In this document: piece after piece, positions 22,960-36,901 of the stretch
How the letters are laid out: each line of letters begins with the position of its first letter
How positions within the stretch are numbered: position 1 is the stretch's first letter
Assembly: GCA_002633005.1 (NCBI GenBank)
Contig: NMRA01000882.1
Span: forward strand, 28,579-92,578
DNA from: Phoronis australis
Lineage: Eukaryota; Animalia; Phoronida
Length of the DNA stretch: 64,000 nucleotides
Reading direction: 5' to 3'
Translations under genes and position numbers: made by a program
The notes under the pieces: model-generated
Told to the model about the DNA's origin: nothing
Databases searched by the model: none
The model's input: the letters and a program-made list of their open reading frames with translations, nothing else

Positions 22960-25189
22960 CTGAAATAGTTGATAATCTCAAATTTTTGCGTAACAGGTAC
23001 AGTCGAGAAAAGAAAGACTGCGAAATACGGATAACAGACAAAATTCAAGAGAACATTTAACAACTCTGCAGCACTGCATGGTTTACCTTTTGAGAAAATA
23101 GCCAATACATTGTCGTTAGGGTTTCCACTTTTGCATCACAGGTCGTCTAAACGCACTTGAAAACGTTTACGAAATCAATCATACATATATTTCGAAAAAT
23201 GGAGAAAGATTATTAACCTAAGCTTTTGCGGAGTGTACTAACTTACTGGATTCTTAAATTCAATCAGTCAATTTTGCGAATGCAAAACTATAATTTTCCA
23301 GATGCCACTCTCTGGCAAACCTGGGGGATAACTGAGACCACTTTCTCGAAACTATATATTACTTGAGAAAAATTGATGACTTCAGAGATAACATCATTGC
23401 TGCCCATTTCCCGATATTTGAAAATATAGATGTTTTCTTATTTAGGAACCCCGCCCTTTAAGGAGGTTATTGATGACATTCAAGTGGCCACCCTTTTTGT
23501 GTTTTTATTGACAAATTCTTAAGGGGCCACTCATGGAAAGAGGGACCAATGTTGGAATCGATTTTTCTTTTTTTTGTGAAATCATGCAACCGGCTTTCAT
23601 GTTGAAGGAGGTCACTCCCTGCACTGTCACTCTTTTTCTGATGTTTAGCCTTTCATCTTTTAAGAGGTGTCAAATTTCAGACAGTACCCTCTCTCGGTGG
23701 AGCAGTCTGGGGGAATGTCTCTATGTCTCTCTATACATGTTAAATCTGACATTGCCATGTATGCGCGATGGAATTTAAGATTCCAAATTCACCAAAAAAT
23801 AAACAAAAATTGGGAACAGCACAGCCATTTGACCCGAAAAACCAAAACTGTGAAAAATACAGTAGGATTGCCACCATCGAAAGGGTGGAATTTTGAGAAA
23901 CGTGAAGACCACTATTTTTGAATTACACAAAAGGACTTTTTCCGATGGTTAGTTAAAAATAGTGTTACTGTTTAACTTAGAATCACAAGAATAGTATCTT
24001 TTTCGAAGATGGTTACTATGAGTTCTTTGTAAGGAATTCCAACATGTGGAAAACACTGCTGTCTAAACTACTATTTCCGATGACTGTGTACATGTCAAAA
24101 GGTGTACTCAAAGAACTTTTGCAATCATAAACAAAGATTTCAGCGTTTTCTTTTTTGTCAATAGAGATCGAGTTTACCTCGTGGACAGTTATAGGTACCT
24201 CTGATCGAAATGAGAAAAATACACCTTAATACGAATGCCACGTCTCCCATAACCCCCAGTTACCCGTCATATGTCTGCAAGCGTGCTTGCGGAAATCGAT
24301 TATAGCATTTCGTTTTGATACACAAATTCTTTCATTTCTGATTTATTTGTTCATGTAGTACGAAAATCGATAGATTCATAGATGGTTTTTGCCAATTAGA
24401 CGCTAATCCTGTAAGAATTGATGGTGATTCAGTGAATTTAATTGCACCTTGAAGTTGGAAAAACTCTATCATAAGATCCCTAAATAGTAATGTACACTTA
24501 TAGACGATTTTTGAATAAATAAGATTAAACTCGTTGCTTGGAAAGGTTGTCTTTGCACTTACTCGGTGCTCTGAGCTTCCAGTAGTATTGAGCAATGAAT
24601 TTCTGTTCAAAAGTGAATTGATTGCTTGTCCTGATTCGCGTGCACGCCATGTCTTGCGTATCTACGTTAAAAATAAGATGTAAAACTGCAGTAGGCTAGC
24701 GCAGAGTCTCAATGATCCAAGAGAACTGAATTTGAACTCCAGGCGTTCAAGAAGTGTGTCTATTTTTTAAACAAACTATCATTTTCCCCAATCACCAGAA
24801 AATGGACTACCGGTCGTGTTCAAACGATAGCTTTTGAAACAGCCCCAAGGAGACGACTTTACCAAGGACTTCGGGGCCTCACCTATTCAAAATACTCCTG
24901 AAAGAGTGACCAAAAGGAAATAAAGTTTTCCTGAAACTGGATCACAATGAAACGAATCTTGACCTTAAAGCGAGCGCAGATGGCCGGTGTGAGCTGCCTG
25001 TCTCAAGTGAATCACAGCTTAGCTGACCAGCAACTAGCTTTTGTTCATCGGGATTTTTGTATTTTCACATTGTTAGATCTCGGCTATACTGTAGCTAATT
25101 GAGGCAGCTAATCACTACCGGTCAGTTTACTGGTCCTCGGCCCCGTTGCTTCACGGCTACTCAACTCTTGATGGCTTCATCAGTGGGAC

Positions 25190-25520
25190 TGTTCCAGAAG
25201 CGGATTCAGGATTTTGTGTTGGGTGAGGGGGTATTTGCCAGGGTTTTACCCATCAGAAATTCGCATCCCACAACTGCCAACTGGAATCTGGAAGAATTTT
25301 AGGGAGTCCACACTGGAATCTGGGAGAATTTTAGGGGGGCAATAGCCCCTTGGCCACTCCTAAATAAGTGCCTGTGCCTCCAACCTAGGGCGGACCTGCG
25401 AGATTCGGTAAAATGTGGTGGTATTGTGAGCATGGTGGCGATGGGGGTGTGGTCGTTTGACAAAGTCGAAATGGTTTGCGCCCCACCCCCAATAATTTTT
25501 ACCTTCCTAAGGGCCTGTAT
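25190..25520. mobile_element. GC-rich MITE-like repeats (family shared with 35631-35780)
   Basis: GCGGATTCAGGATTTT...GGGAGAATTTTAGGGGGGCAATAGCCCC, also at 35635-35775. Confidence 0.55.
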
Positions 25521-27729
25521 TCTGATTATATGTAATATCTTGGACGGAGGTACCGAAGGTGGCGTGGTTGATGAAGTTTGCGAACATGGGAAGAAAATAA
25601 ACTGACTAAGAGTTCGAAAATAATATTTCGAAGTAAATCCATCACCTAAGAAAATAATTCGTTACTTGTTCTAACATAATTCACAATACCAAAACCACCG
25701 TTTCCGAGACCGCTGTTGCAGTCATTGTGATCGTCAATCTTCACCTCAAATAGTTCGAACATGTGACATTCATATTAATACTTCGTACGCTCGATTTTGT
25801 CTCTATTAATTAGGACGCTAAGATCTCAAGCTAAAATAGTTCGTACAGTAGAAAGAACACTGCAATGCATATTACATTGAACCACTCCTCTTACATGTAT
25901 GATACGGGTAATGTTAGTGGGAGATGTTTTTGCTCTGTTGAAATATTTTCAACGGGACAAAAGTCAAAAGATGGACATTTTTAATCCACACTTCTTCTTG
26001 TATAACATTTTCTTCCCATTGCAATAACAGTGCCACGTGACCAAGAAAACCTTTAGGGATTATGGCACCGATAGGTGGAACGGTTAAGATGCGGCTGTAT
26101 GAAGATTTCTGTGGCTTAAATTAAAGTTAATTTTTAGCTTATAGTGACCTTCCTTAGCTAAAATAGCTGCTTTGATTGATAATGAATAGCCTTGAAATTT
26201 ACTAAATCAGTGAATAATTGTGAATGCATCAAGACCCCTCATCATCAATATACCAGTGCATTGTATGCCAACAGTCACTCACGCGGTACTCCACTGTCAA
26301 CAAAATGCTGGTAAAATTGTAGCGTCTCCTGAGTGAGACAAAGGGCGGGTTATTGTTATGCTCTACCAAAAACAATGTCAACTAATTGTTCAAAAGTCCT
26401 TGATGTCCAGAGCACACACTAACAGTCTGGTCAACATCAAATCAAGAAATACTGTTGGTATGAGTCCTAGTGTTTCTGTCCCAAAAATCACAACAGCTTC
26501 AGATATAAAGGAGAAAGCACAAAACATTCATCACCCTAGGAATACTAGAAGCATGAGTTTAAAGAGACTAAATTGTTTAACTAATAAAACAAAGCGACCA
26601 TTTTACTCCAACTTTTGTAAAACCCAGTATTAGCAATGTCCTTCCCTCCCTAAATATAAGTGCAAAAAGTATACAGATTTTTTAACGATTCTTCCCAAAA
26701 CGCGTAAATTAATCCTGGATCAGTGAATCATGAATGTTCCATTTTTCACAGTTCACTGCGAAAATTTTAGGTTGGTTTTACTGTGATTAAGAAAAAAGGC
26801 AAGTTGGGTTTTAACCAATTTTCCAATTTTGGGTTACCTCAGTGTCGCCAATAAATATTATCCATGACCTTGAGAATATCAACTCTTGCCTGAGGATAAT
26901 CTAGTATGTATAGTTGCAGCAATCTAGTTCATAGTTTTGAACCAAATTCCACTTTCCACAAATAACTACTATCTCTGAAATAAATTCCGAAATAATGTTA
27001 CAGGGTACAGCTTCTATATTGCCGTAAAAATAATGTTACAGGGTAGAGTATCTATATCGGGGTAAAAAGCTGAAGTGCATTATCCGGCCTATGAAAATTG
27101 ATTAAATTCACAAGAATGTTTTCTCAGCGAATGCTTTTTTCTCAGTGAATATTTCAATATCTATAAAATTCACTGCAAGGGTCTCATTTCTCTGACTTAA
27201 TTTCATAGTCAACATCATTGTTCATTAAAACTCTCTAGAAAAAGAAGTGACACAACTCAAAAATGACCCAAGACCCCGCTGACTAGAAATTAATTTAAAA
27301 TCCCTTTCAACAAAATGAGTACCCTGCATATAATATTGCTTACTACTAATATACAATATGTTAACCATTGTAAAAATGAATAGATAATTTACACTTTTGA
27401 CCTTTGGCATCCACACTTCACACACGTCAGCATACAAATACATAAACAAAACGAAAGGTATAGTTGATAACAAATACTACATATAGAGACTAGTTCAAAT
27501 TTTCTATAGTCTAAGCTAATTTTTGATTACAAATCATGAACTAACAAATTTCACCTTGTTTTCAAACATATTTCACATGTGGAGTAAACCAAGTAGCTCT
27601 AGTAAAATACTCCAAAACTCAAATCCTACAAGCTTAAAGGTATACCGAAAGCATGTTAGTTACGAATTACCATGTCTTGAACCAGAATGGATCACAAAAC
27701 TAGCAGAACACAAAATGAGAAAATGAAAG

Positions 27730-28460
27730 AATAAAGTTCATTTTAATCGTGGTGTCAAATACTACTTGCATGGGCTTTGAACACTCAGCATTAGGGATGG
27801 ATTTGTATCTCAAAAGAAAATCTTTGTTACATTCAAATCTATTGTGATACATGCTAACAAACACTATTACCAAGAGGGCACTTGGTATGACAACGTTAGT
27901 TAATGGCAGTTTACCATGCAAAAATTGTCTTCATTTGGTTTATTCGATTTTGACTCGTTGCCTCGGCGGTATCTGTATACCTGAGCAGTGTACTCGATCT
28001 TATTTTAGACGTTAGCGACATAGTTCGCACTGGTAGACGATTTTTGACGTTATTCAATTATCTAATTTAATGCAATTCACAGCCAGGACACAAACATGGT
28101 TCTTGTATTTTTAGTTCAGCATCCATCAATACATGTAGGTAGAGCTGGTGGTTAACCGGAGTGGGCCACGAGTTGGGTACATTTTAGGAGGCAACAGTTA
28201 GAGGAGCTGGTTTGAGAATGCGGAATGTTCGCTCAAGATATACAACGGACTGCTTCATATGTAATATTCTCGATGAAGCTTTCGCTCGCCATATCACATT
28301 TGCCACGTTGTTTTCGTCAGCCAGGATCGTGAACTCTCTCTCACTAGTTCGAAACCTTTTTGTAGTTGAAATTATACTTACTTCCTTGTTTCATAACAGT
28401 TACATTGTTTCCAGTGCACTGATGTGCGTAACAACATCAACATCATCCAAATGTTAATTC
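27730..28460 (-). pseudogene. Possible MULE-like transposase C-terminal relic
   Basis: Interrupted frame ..QFLHGK..CNKDFLLRYKS..SKPMQVVF weakly resembles the C-terminal domain of animal MULE-like ORFs. Confidence 0.2.
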
Positions 28461-28944
28461 ACTGCAAGCTTTCAATCGCTGTAAAAAATCCTCGGTGCAT
28501 ACGTTGATAGGCCTACGTGTCGCCACGTTTCATCAGAACTCACAATTACAAAACATTTGATTAGAACCCGTGACCTTATTTATTTACAACCTGAAAGTAA
28601 ACATGACATGTTCCCAAATGTAGAACAATATGTAGGTAAACTAAAAGCAAAACACCCAGCTCACTCTGCGTCATCTAAGTGCTGTCTATAATTTATGTCT
28701 CCATCACCACAACTTTAAAAGGTTTAAGCTTTTATTAGAAATTGGCAATCACAAAAGGTGTATTCTCAACAGTGTGCATCGCATGTACCAAAAATAACAA
28801 ATGGTGTTTCATTAGTCTGTACACGAAAACTGTAAAGATGTAATCCGCACAACGTCACGGATTATTTAGCGAAAGAACACGCATGACAGAGGGAAATTTT
28901 GTTTTCATGCTAGCTATAGGATATGCCGATTGAAACTGACACGA

Positions 28945-29870
28945 AACACACTATCCGGTAAATCACAATCAAGGTCCATATTCGAGAGTCGACTCTGTTA
29001 CCAATGTCAACTGAACCTCAAATGCAAAGAGTTATTTAGTTGCGCAAGTTAAAAATAATCATCAAACTTGGATAGTGTTTGGGAAACTTATGCATGTTTT
29101 TGTCAGTGAATTTCGTTTATATTTAGCTTACGAGTGGCCATTTTAAAAAGTTAAATTTCCAACTGTCAACAGTGGAAAATAAAGTAAGCATTTGTTTTGA
29201 CATGACTGCAAATAACTCGATTCACATTCAGAATCACTTAGATGAAGTTGTGCTCAATCATTGGGATATGGTGGGGTTCATCATAAAACAGACACTAGTC
29301 AGGAGATTGTAAATTCTGTGTTGCTAATCCTCATCTACTGTAAAGAAGGCTATAGAGAACTGCAGAATATGTTACTTAGGCAACACAACAAACAATTCAA
29401 TATCTAAACAAACCATTTAAAACTTGGATATTGACTAGGTTCTGCTATGTTGAGAAGGAGCCGAAAATGTAGGGTAGATACACTGAATTCAATAACAAAA
29501 ACGATGATTGCAAATGAAATTATTGCATTTTTAATAACAAAATGGTGCTTATTATCATCAAAGAAAAGTAAATGCCCCTACAACATTATGTTACCATATG
29601 ATGCAGAAACAGTGATGTAGTGTACCGTGTACATACCCCTTTTTATAGTGTACGTACCCCTTTTTGTAGTGTACATGCCCCCATGTTTACAAAAACCATG
29701 AAATTAAAATATTACTTGGTAACTGAGCAACATTCGTCAAAGAAATGTTATTTAAAACGAGTGTTTATCACAAATATATTTGTTTTGAATCAGATATTAG
29801 CGTTTGTGTAGTGTACGCACCACTATATTTTAAGATGTGCCTATTTTCAAAGAATGCACATTATGATGTG
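28945..29870. repeat. Inverted, more diverged copy of 9800-11035 (and of 1-560)
   Basis: GTGGCCATTTTAAAAA (~29135), CACTTAGATGAAGT (~29235) and GTGTACGTACCCC (~29648) are reverse complements of motifs at 10820, 10705 and 10445. Confidence 0.85.
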
Positions 29871-30699
29871 CTATGTTTACTTTAAGTCTGAATAGATTTT
29901 GTTAGTTAACTAACTCTCAGTAGATTCTTGGTATTTAATCACAAACCTGACATTCGTTTGTGCAAATAATTTACTGTTCATAAGATGAACACAGTGCATT
30001 TATCCCAATGTCCAAGGGATACCATTCTGCCCACACTGCCCTAGGCCTTACTCATTGTAAAAGAAAACAGTTGGGATATCACCCTAGTACAGCCCTTTTG
30101 TATAGCTCACAGTTGCCACGGATCTTTACACTCCTGAATAAGCCTCACAGTGTTTTTCTTGGCTTGCTGGGGTTAACAAAAGGTGTTCAGTGACAGAGCT
30201 ACAGGTATTTGAAAAAGTTGACCTAGTCAGTGTGGTCTTGTTTACAGCATACCAGATTATAGGCACTAGATTTTAGAAGTTTAGGTTCCACTATTGTGGC
30301 ATACACCCATGCTTAAATATTTCTTACTCTCGTACGTTTTTAAACTGCAGCCTGGCAGTATGTTTAAGAGATGATTTAGAGGGATGAATAGTCCGGGACT
30401 ACATTTCCCCTAGTTGCCACTCTTATAACTCACCACACCAATTAAACACCCAAGCGTTGGCATCCAAATAAAAATTTTGCAAAAATGGGAGAAAAGAAAA
30501 AAATTCCAGTGATCAGTATGTGAAATGAATAGGGTGGGGGAAGACTTTTAGGCAGTAGAGGAACAGGGTGGTATGGGTGCTTGGCCTAACAGCAATGGAC
30601 GCTTTTTCAGTCGGTGCTACAGCCACTGACTACTACCATAAGCGTAGATAGTGTTCACTGTCTAAAATGATGCATGTATCCATACTTGCAGACAGGCAG

Positions 30700-31141
30700 G
30701 CCTACACAATATTCCGAAAAATAGATAGTGGTTTTCTCCATCCCTGCTGAACTCTGACGTTAGAAACTCTTAGTGTGAAGCTGTTTGGACTGCGTTACGA
30801 GAGGATCTAATTGAAAATTTCTTTTTGTCTACGAATATTATTATTCTCATAATATAAAGTGACATGCGTCGGGATCTCAGAAGGTTTGTAACGTAATATT
30901 ATTCCCATAAGTTCAAAAACCACTAATTTGCATATATTGTGGACATAACGCACACCGTTAAATAATCAAACTTCGATAAACATTTTTTTCCCAGCATAAA
31001 CTATCAAGCGACGGGCGAAGGCCCAAACAGAAACAAAATGTTTTCTGCCTTATGTCTTTATTAATGTACAATTTAAACTCTTACCGTTTCCAATTCTGCC
31101 TCGCTGACAAGTAAATTTCCCAATTTCTTGTTAGAAGCCAT
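30700..31141 (-). pseudogene. First exon MASNKKLGNLLVSEAELET (31085-31141) plus a disrupted second exon; possible Crypton/DUF3504-type N-terminus
   Basis: ATG...GTAAG donor with CpG-rich sequence upstream; second exon ILS*RSPNS..LSIF/EYC carries a stop; family guess is weak. Confidence 0.25.
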
Positions 31142-32816
31142 ATCTAAGTCTGGTCCTCAGAATCAGTTGTTCTACAGCCAGTGATTGTTACGCGTATAAA
31201 AATACACTGGTGGATTTTACCAGAAATTTCCGTGAGTCATTGCTAAGTAGGTTATCGACGTCATCAACAAATGGCGGGTTGCGATAGGCCAAGTACTTGA
31301 CCTATATTCTGCAGCTACTGACGTCTCACGGATGGCGCGATATGTAACTGGTCACCAGAGTTCATGAACCAGGAAATAGATGTCCCTGGCGAGTGGCCGT
31401 TGAAAAGTCTTTGTGTCTGGCGTTGAATCAACTCTTTGTTTAAAAACCCTTTTTGCAATATTTATCAATAATACAAATATGTACAGCGCTGTACAGTATG
31501 AGTGAAGGTGACAGCGGTCAAAATGTCTGAAAACCTTTCGCTTGTTGCTCGTCCTAAGTGCGGGTGTATTCACAGCAGCATGTGACAGTCACTATGGTGA
31601 CCGGCATCTAAGTTAATCAAAGAAGCCGATTTTGCAGTTCAATCGTCTAATTTATCAGCCAACTCATTGTTCAATACTGGCCAATTTATCGTTCAACCAA
31701 TAAACAATATCATTTCACCATGCAAATTCAGCGATATAAGTCTTGCAGTTGTGGCAAACGCGACTGAAGATTAGTGCCCCTATTTGAAACCTGGTGAATT
31801 TCGATATTGGAAATTAATGCTTCATGTCAAAATACATGAAGAGCTTTGATAATTCACGTTTAGCTGTAATCCCCTGTACTGTTGAGATCAAACTCTCTGT
31901 CGGGTGTTCTTCAATGAGAAATTTGTACCAAGCTACGTGTAATTCAGCTTCTGTAGTTAGGCAGAGCTGGGTGTGAAATGAATATTCCAACAATGTTGCA
32001 AACTTTTAATTAGTGCATGTAAATACTGATATTGTCATTATACCAGTTTGTGAATCGGTTATAAAACCGGTAACTCACCAGCCATTCCGAAATCGATATC
32101 AAATTACGTCTTACTTGGATTTGTGACAGCTAGGGCGTAGGCAAATTCAGGATTTCAATATGGGGCACTTCAAGTGATTATTTTTTGAGACGTGGGGTCG
32201 AGTTCAATAATGGCATTCTGATAGGAGAGCAATACTTTGAGAGATATTGCAGCGTATTTTCAACTTTATTAGATCACGTACACAACGTAAATTCTAATTA
32301 GCATGTGTCCCTATGCAAAACACGGAAAACTGGTTATTGATCAATGCAAAAACAAAATAATAACCAAATGAAGATAAGTTTCCTACCACCTACCTCACAT
32401 TTAGGACGCGATGGGCCTTCTCATTTGGACCAATTCTCTTCTTACCAATTCTATAAAAGCAACCCTTTCGACAGTTCATAACAGCAAAACCAAATTCTAA
32501 CAATGGAGTTATTTTATCCAAAACCATGGGAAACTTACTGAAGAGAAAAATACGGCATTCACATGATGAGCCATATCCTCGGTGAACCGAATGGGCAAGA
32601 TATGAAGTGCAGTTGTAAAGGAAATTAAGGCAGCTCTCGTTAGAAATGGCTTAGTTAGAATAATGATGATGCCTGTTCAATCTGTGAGGCAAGAACTTTG
32701 CAACTGTGCTAAAAATTATAGGCCATTTAATCCAAAAAAGTTTGTTAAATTGGGTAGTTGACATTATCTAACGATCAGTAAAGCCGCGATCTGCAATAAC
32801 AAACGTACATGTAAAC

Positions 32817-32970
32817 AGTGCAGAATTAAAGAGGGGCCAAGGGGCCATGCCCCCCTTACACGTTTCCAGATTTTATTGGGCAGTCCGGGGGTGCCAATAT
32901 CTGACTGCAAAATCCGGGCTAATACTCTGTCCTGCCACCACCCNAACTAAACATCCTGGATCTATCCCCT
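32817..32970 (+). mobile_element. Partial copy of a GC-rich MITE family
   Basis: GGGGCCATGCCCCCCT..CCAGAT..GGCAGT.CGG matches 35385-35450. Confidence 0.55.
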
Positions 32971-34302
32971 GGTAAAAGCTACGGATATTTCGAGGTTTAT
33001 ACAAAATTACTTTGCAAATACCACATGCACTTACTGACACATGAACGGAGCCTAGAAAGTAGTTTTCGAACACAGATTCAAAACTTATCCAATCACTCTC
33101 CAGGATCGAATATTAGTTTACAAGTTGATTTTGGATGGTATTTAAACCCTTGGTTCTCTTTGGCCTGCAAAACAAATTTATTGTACATGACATGAGTACT
33201 AATTATGAACATGTCAGGTTACCTACATGTATCATCTAATCAAAGGCTTAAGCAAACAGTACAGTTGGACTTCAGCATAACTGAATGATATACATTCTTT
33301 TCAAGTCGTATGACAATCTAAACCTAAGAAACGAAATGGTGAGCTTATGAAATTGTTGGCAACTGCAATAAACTTCAGTTCCCATTTTTTATCAACTTTA
33401 ATTTGTTTACGAGTTTAGCATGATGGCAATGCAGAAAATTTACATAATGAGCAGCGCTGGATGTCATTCCAACCAGCAGGTGGAGCGCAGCCCAGCCATG
33501 TCACCTTATTATTGCTATATGGAGATTCAATCTGCGCAACCACGGTTAGTATTCAAATTTTAATCATATTTGTGTTTCTGCGTTTTAAAACTTACAGCAA
33601 AACGAAGAATCTCTACATTGGCTTGACTAAATGGCAACAAGAATCTGTGAGCTTTTCATTAAAGCCTACTGTTGAAGCACATTGGCTAAACTAATTAGAT
33701 TTTGATCTTGTTTCAAATTCGAACCTTGATAACAGCCCTAGGCCTATTAAAACGTAGGAATCAACAACTGGTCGGACTTCAAGATGTTCTGCAAGACCAA
33801 TTGGCCGTACTTCAGAAGTAGCTGACAATAGTGCAAGCAACTTAATTGACCGGAGGGAGAAGCAAAGTCATGCAAGTCTCCATAATATTTGATGCGCATT
33901 AATACCAGACCAAGTGACTACAATAGCACAGTTTACGAAGTCGATCCTTACGTACATGTACATGCACATGTAGACCTAAGAAAACATGTCCTTGACAGCT
34001 TGGGAAAGGGATCTTTTCAACGCAGCTGAACTCGATCACACGGTCAAATCCCACCCACCATAAAAATCATGACATTGAATGCTTTGAATTTTAAATAAAA
34101 CGAGTTAAGTCCGAAATTTCAACTTTGAATGTCCAAAACTATGACCACGTATTAGAATTCTACAGCCAGATATAAATTCAGATGAGGTCATAGTCCCAAC
34201 TTTCCAACAGGGTGTATGTTTCCAGTCCGTGGCTACTTCAGCGGCCAACGGAAACTGTGGATCAAGCTTTCTCCAGATGTTCAGCAAAATCTCAAGAACA
34301 CT

Positions 34303-34541
34303 CAGTGGCAGATTAATGTTTTCAGTAAGGGGGGGGGGGTAGGATTAGAGTGAATCCGAGGCGCTTAGCACCGAGCGGAAGGAAGGTCGTGAGGAGGTTT
34401 CCCCCTCCCGTGTAAGATTGTTTGTGGTCCTTTGTAGCTGATTTTTTTTCTGGCGAATTTTTTTTCAACTTTATATTTTTGATCCTGTCCCGAGGGGGTT
34501 GGGCTTGAACCCCCGTACCCTCCCACTGTATATCCGCCTCT
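34303..34541. mobile_element. MITE-like element
   Basis: Inverted ends CAGTGGCAGAT and ATCCGCCTCTG with G/C runs inside. Confidence 0.55.
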
Positions 34542-35351
34542 GATATTCTTGGCACGTTTATTCTTAGATTAAAGTCATATGATCCGTTTTAGACGTTTTA
34601 AAACACCGTGAATCTGCATAAAAACCATTGAAACATACTCTCTGACACTTAATTAGAACTTTTCGTAAGTATGTGTCGATCTCCTGCCTGCACATAGTGT
34701 TTCTTTTATTTTTTATTTTCTTAAAATCCGCGTGATCAAAACAACCGAATGTTGCCCATAATGCCGTGCGGTTTGACCTTTTGGCAACTCGAGACAAATA
34801 GTCAGCTGTTGCCGGTACTGCTTCGATGAAGAGAAGTTCGCCTTAACCAGGTAATTTATTTGTTTCTTAAACATTTTGAGGACGATATTGCTCCCTGTAT
34901 GAGCTGAACAGTCTAACTATTACTCTTAGAATTAGATGAAACCATTACCTGTGGGAAAATTACCTACTGAATTCGATAGTAATCGTTGTTCTCTGGTCGA
35001 GTCTGCAGTGGTACCCTAGCCAGCCAGCTAGCGGTATCAAAATACAGTCAGGTACCACTGTGTGTTTTTCTTAAATAGACCCCGAAATTCACACAGCCAG
35101 GGTAATGTATTTAGTATACAGATTTGTATCAAGGCTAGCCCTAATCCTGGGTCTATCAATGCTGTGACTGAAAAAGAGTGCAATGTTATTGTGGTTGGAT
35201 AGACCCTGTTTGTCAATCTATGGTCGTGAGTTGAATTTCTACCTGCTGGCAGTTTTCAGACTTTTGCAAAACTATTCGTGGTTTTTCATTGCCATAAGAA
35301 AAGCATCGTCTATCACCAGGGACTCTATACTCTACTTTTACATTGTACTAC

Positions 35352-35780
35352 CAGGGGCACATTGGAGGATTTAAGGGGGGGGGCAGGGGGCCATGGCCCC
35401 CCTAAAATTCTCCCAGATACCATTTGGCAGTTCGGAGTGCGAATTGCTGACTAGCATATGCCCCTTGAACAAACCCCGTTTAAAGTTTATGTTTGTTTAG
35501 GAATAATGTCCACAAACCCAAAAATTTGACAGGCCCGCATACCTATACATAAGGCTGGGCGCGCGCATGTCGCAAAATTCTGGTTATTCCTGTGCCCTGG
35601 CCCCCCTAACTCAAAATCCTGGATCCGCCCCTGGGGCAGATCCAGGATTTTGAGTTGGGGAACAGGGCAGAGTATTAGCCAGGATTGAGTTCGCCACACA
35701 TTTGCACCCCCCAACTGCGAAATGGGAGCTGGGAGAATTTTAGGGAGGCCATAGCCCCCCCCTCTAAATCCATTACTGAC
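35352..35780. mobile_element. Two adjacent GC-rich MITE-like elements
   Basis: 35352-35633 is the reverse complement of 59965-60224; 35631-35780 matches 25195-25375. Confidence 0.65.
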
Positions 35781-36716
35781 AAGTCAGCTAGCTAGTCCAC
35801 TTGAACACAACCCACCGGATCAGCGATGAAGCCTCGGATTGAATGCAAGCACACTTGGGAAGTGTAGATAGGCTGAAGCTTGTTGCGAGAAAAGTGAGAA
35901 CATACGAAACCATGGTTTGGAATGGGATGCAACAAATTTGATGTCTGGTATTCAGCGAAGAAATCAGTTTCTCAAATTGCAGGACACTGGGAGTGGTTAC
36001 ATTATTACAGGACAATATACTATGTATGGGACCTCCTCAAATGCAAAATGGTATAAGCCAAAGGCAGATCAGTAGGAGCATTAATAAATATCGAGCAGGT
36101 TACATCTTGTATTATCAGTGGTATGGTCTCGATTGGGTAAATGAAGGGCTACGGACAGGGGAAGTTTAATGACAGTGCTTGCTTTTAACTAATGCACCTT
36201 TTCTTGGACTTTGAGTGTGCGACTAGGCCCTTGCAGACTCACTTTATCAAGAACACAATCCATCAGTTTACATGGCAGAGGGCCTAAAGAGTGCTTCGAA
36301 AATCACCTATCCTCCTTGAATGTCACCTGTTACAGACTTCTAGCATCAGTATTGGCAAGTTAACACAGGAACTAAACTTAATTATTCTGGAAACAGGTAG
36401 AACACTGAAATTTCAATTTCAGGTACTCTCACACTTTTGCGAAAATGTGTATCCTTTGGAATGCATTTATCAATGTTATCTATGTACTGCTCATATTGGC
36501 ATTTAATGTGATTATCGTGTTTTTAAAGGTTCATCGTAATGTGCATCACCACTGTACCAACAATAACAATATTCAAGCAACAGTGTTGAGTTTTGTTTAT
36601 TGTTTATCTGAAATTTAAGTATAAATACCAAAATAGTCATAACAATGGATTGCCAACAGTACATTCTATAAGGTATGTATAAATAAATCCTTTTCAATAA
36701 GGTATGGAAAAATGTC

Positions 36717-36901
36717 GCAAACAGCTTGTCCCGTCAGCACGCCATGTTTTGGTCACATAACGTGACCTAATGAATATCCATCCAAAAATATGTCTGCCCC
36801 CGTCCTTGTCTAGGGCAGAAATGTTTTCGGACATACAGTACATTCATTAGGTAACGTGATGTGTCAAAAAGGATGGCGTGCTGACGGGACAAACTGTTCG
36901 C
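36717..36901. mobile_element. Fold-back MITE
   Basis: AACAGCTTGTCCCGTCAGCACGCCAT and ATGGCGTGCTGACGGGACAAACTGTT inverted arms, with pairing continuing inward to a ~10-nt loop. Confidence 0.8.

Noticed and set aside
23518-24300. TTAA-flanked transposon starting GGGGCCACTC
   Set aside because: No matching right terminus found.
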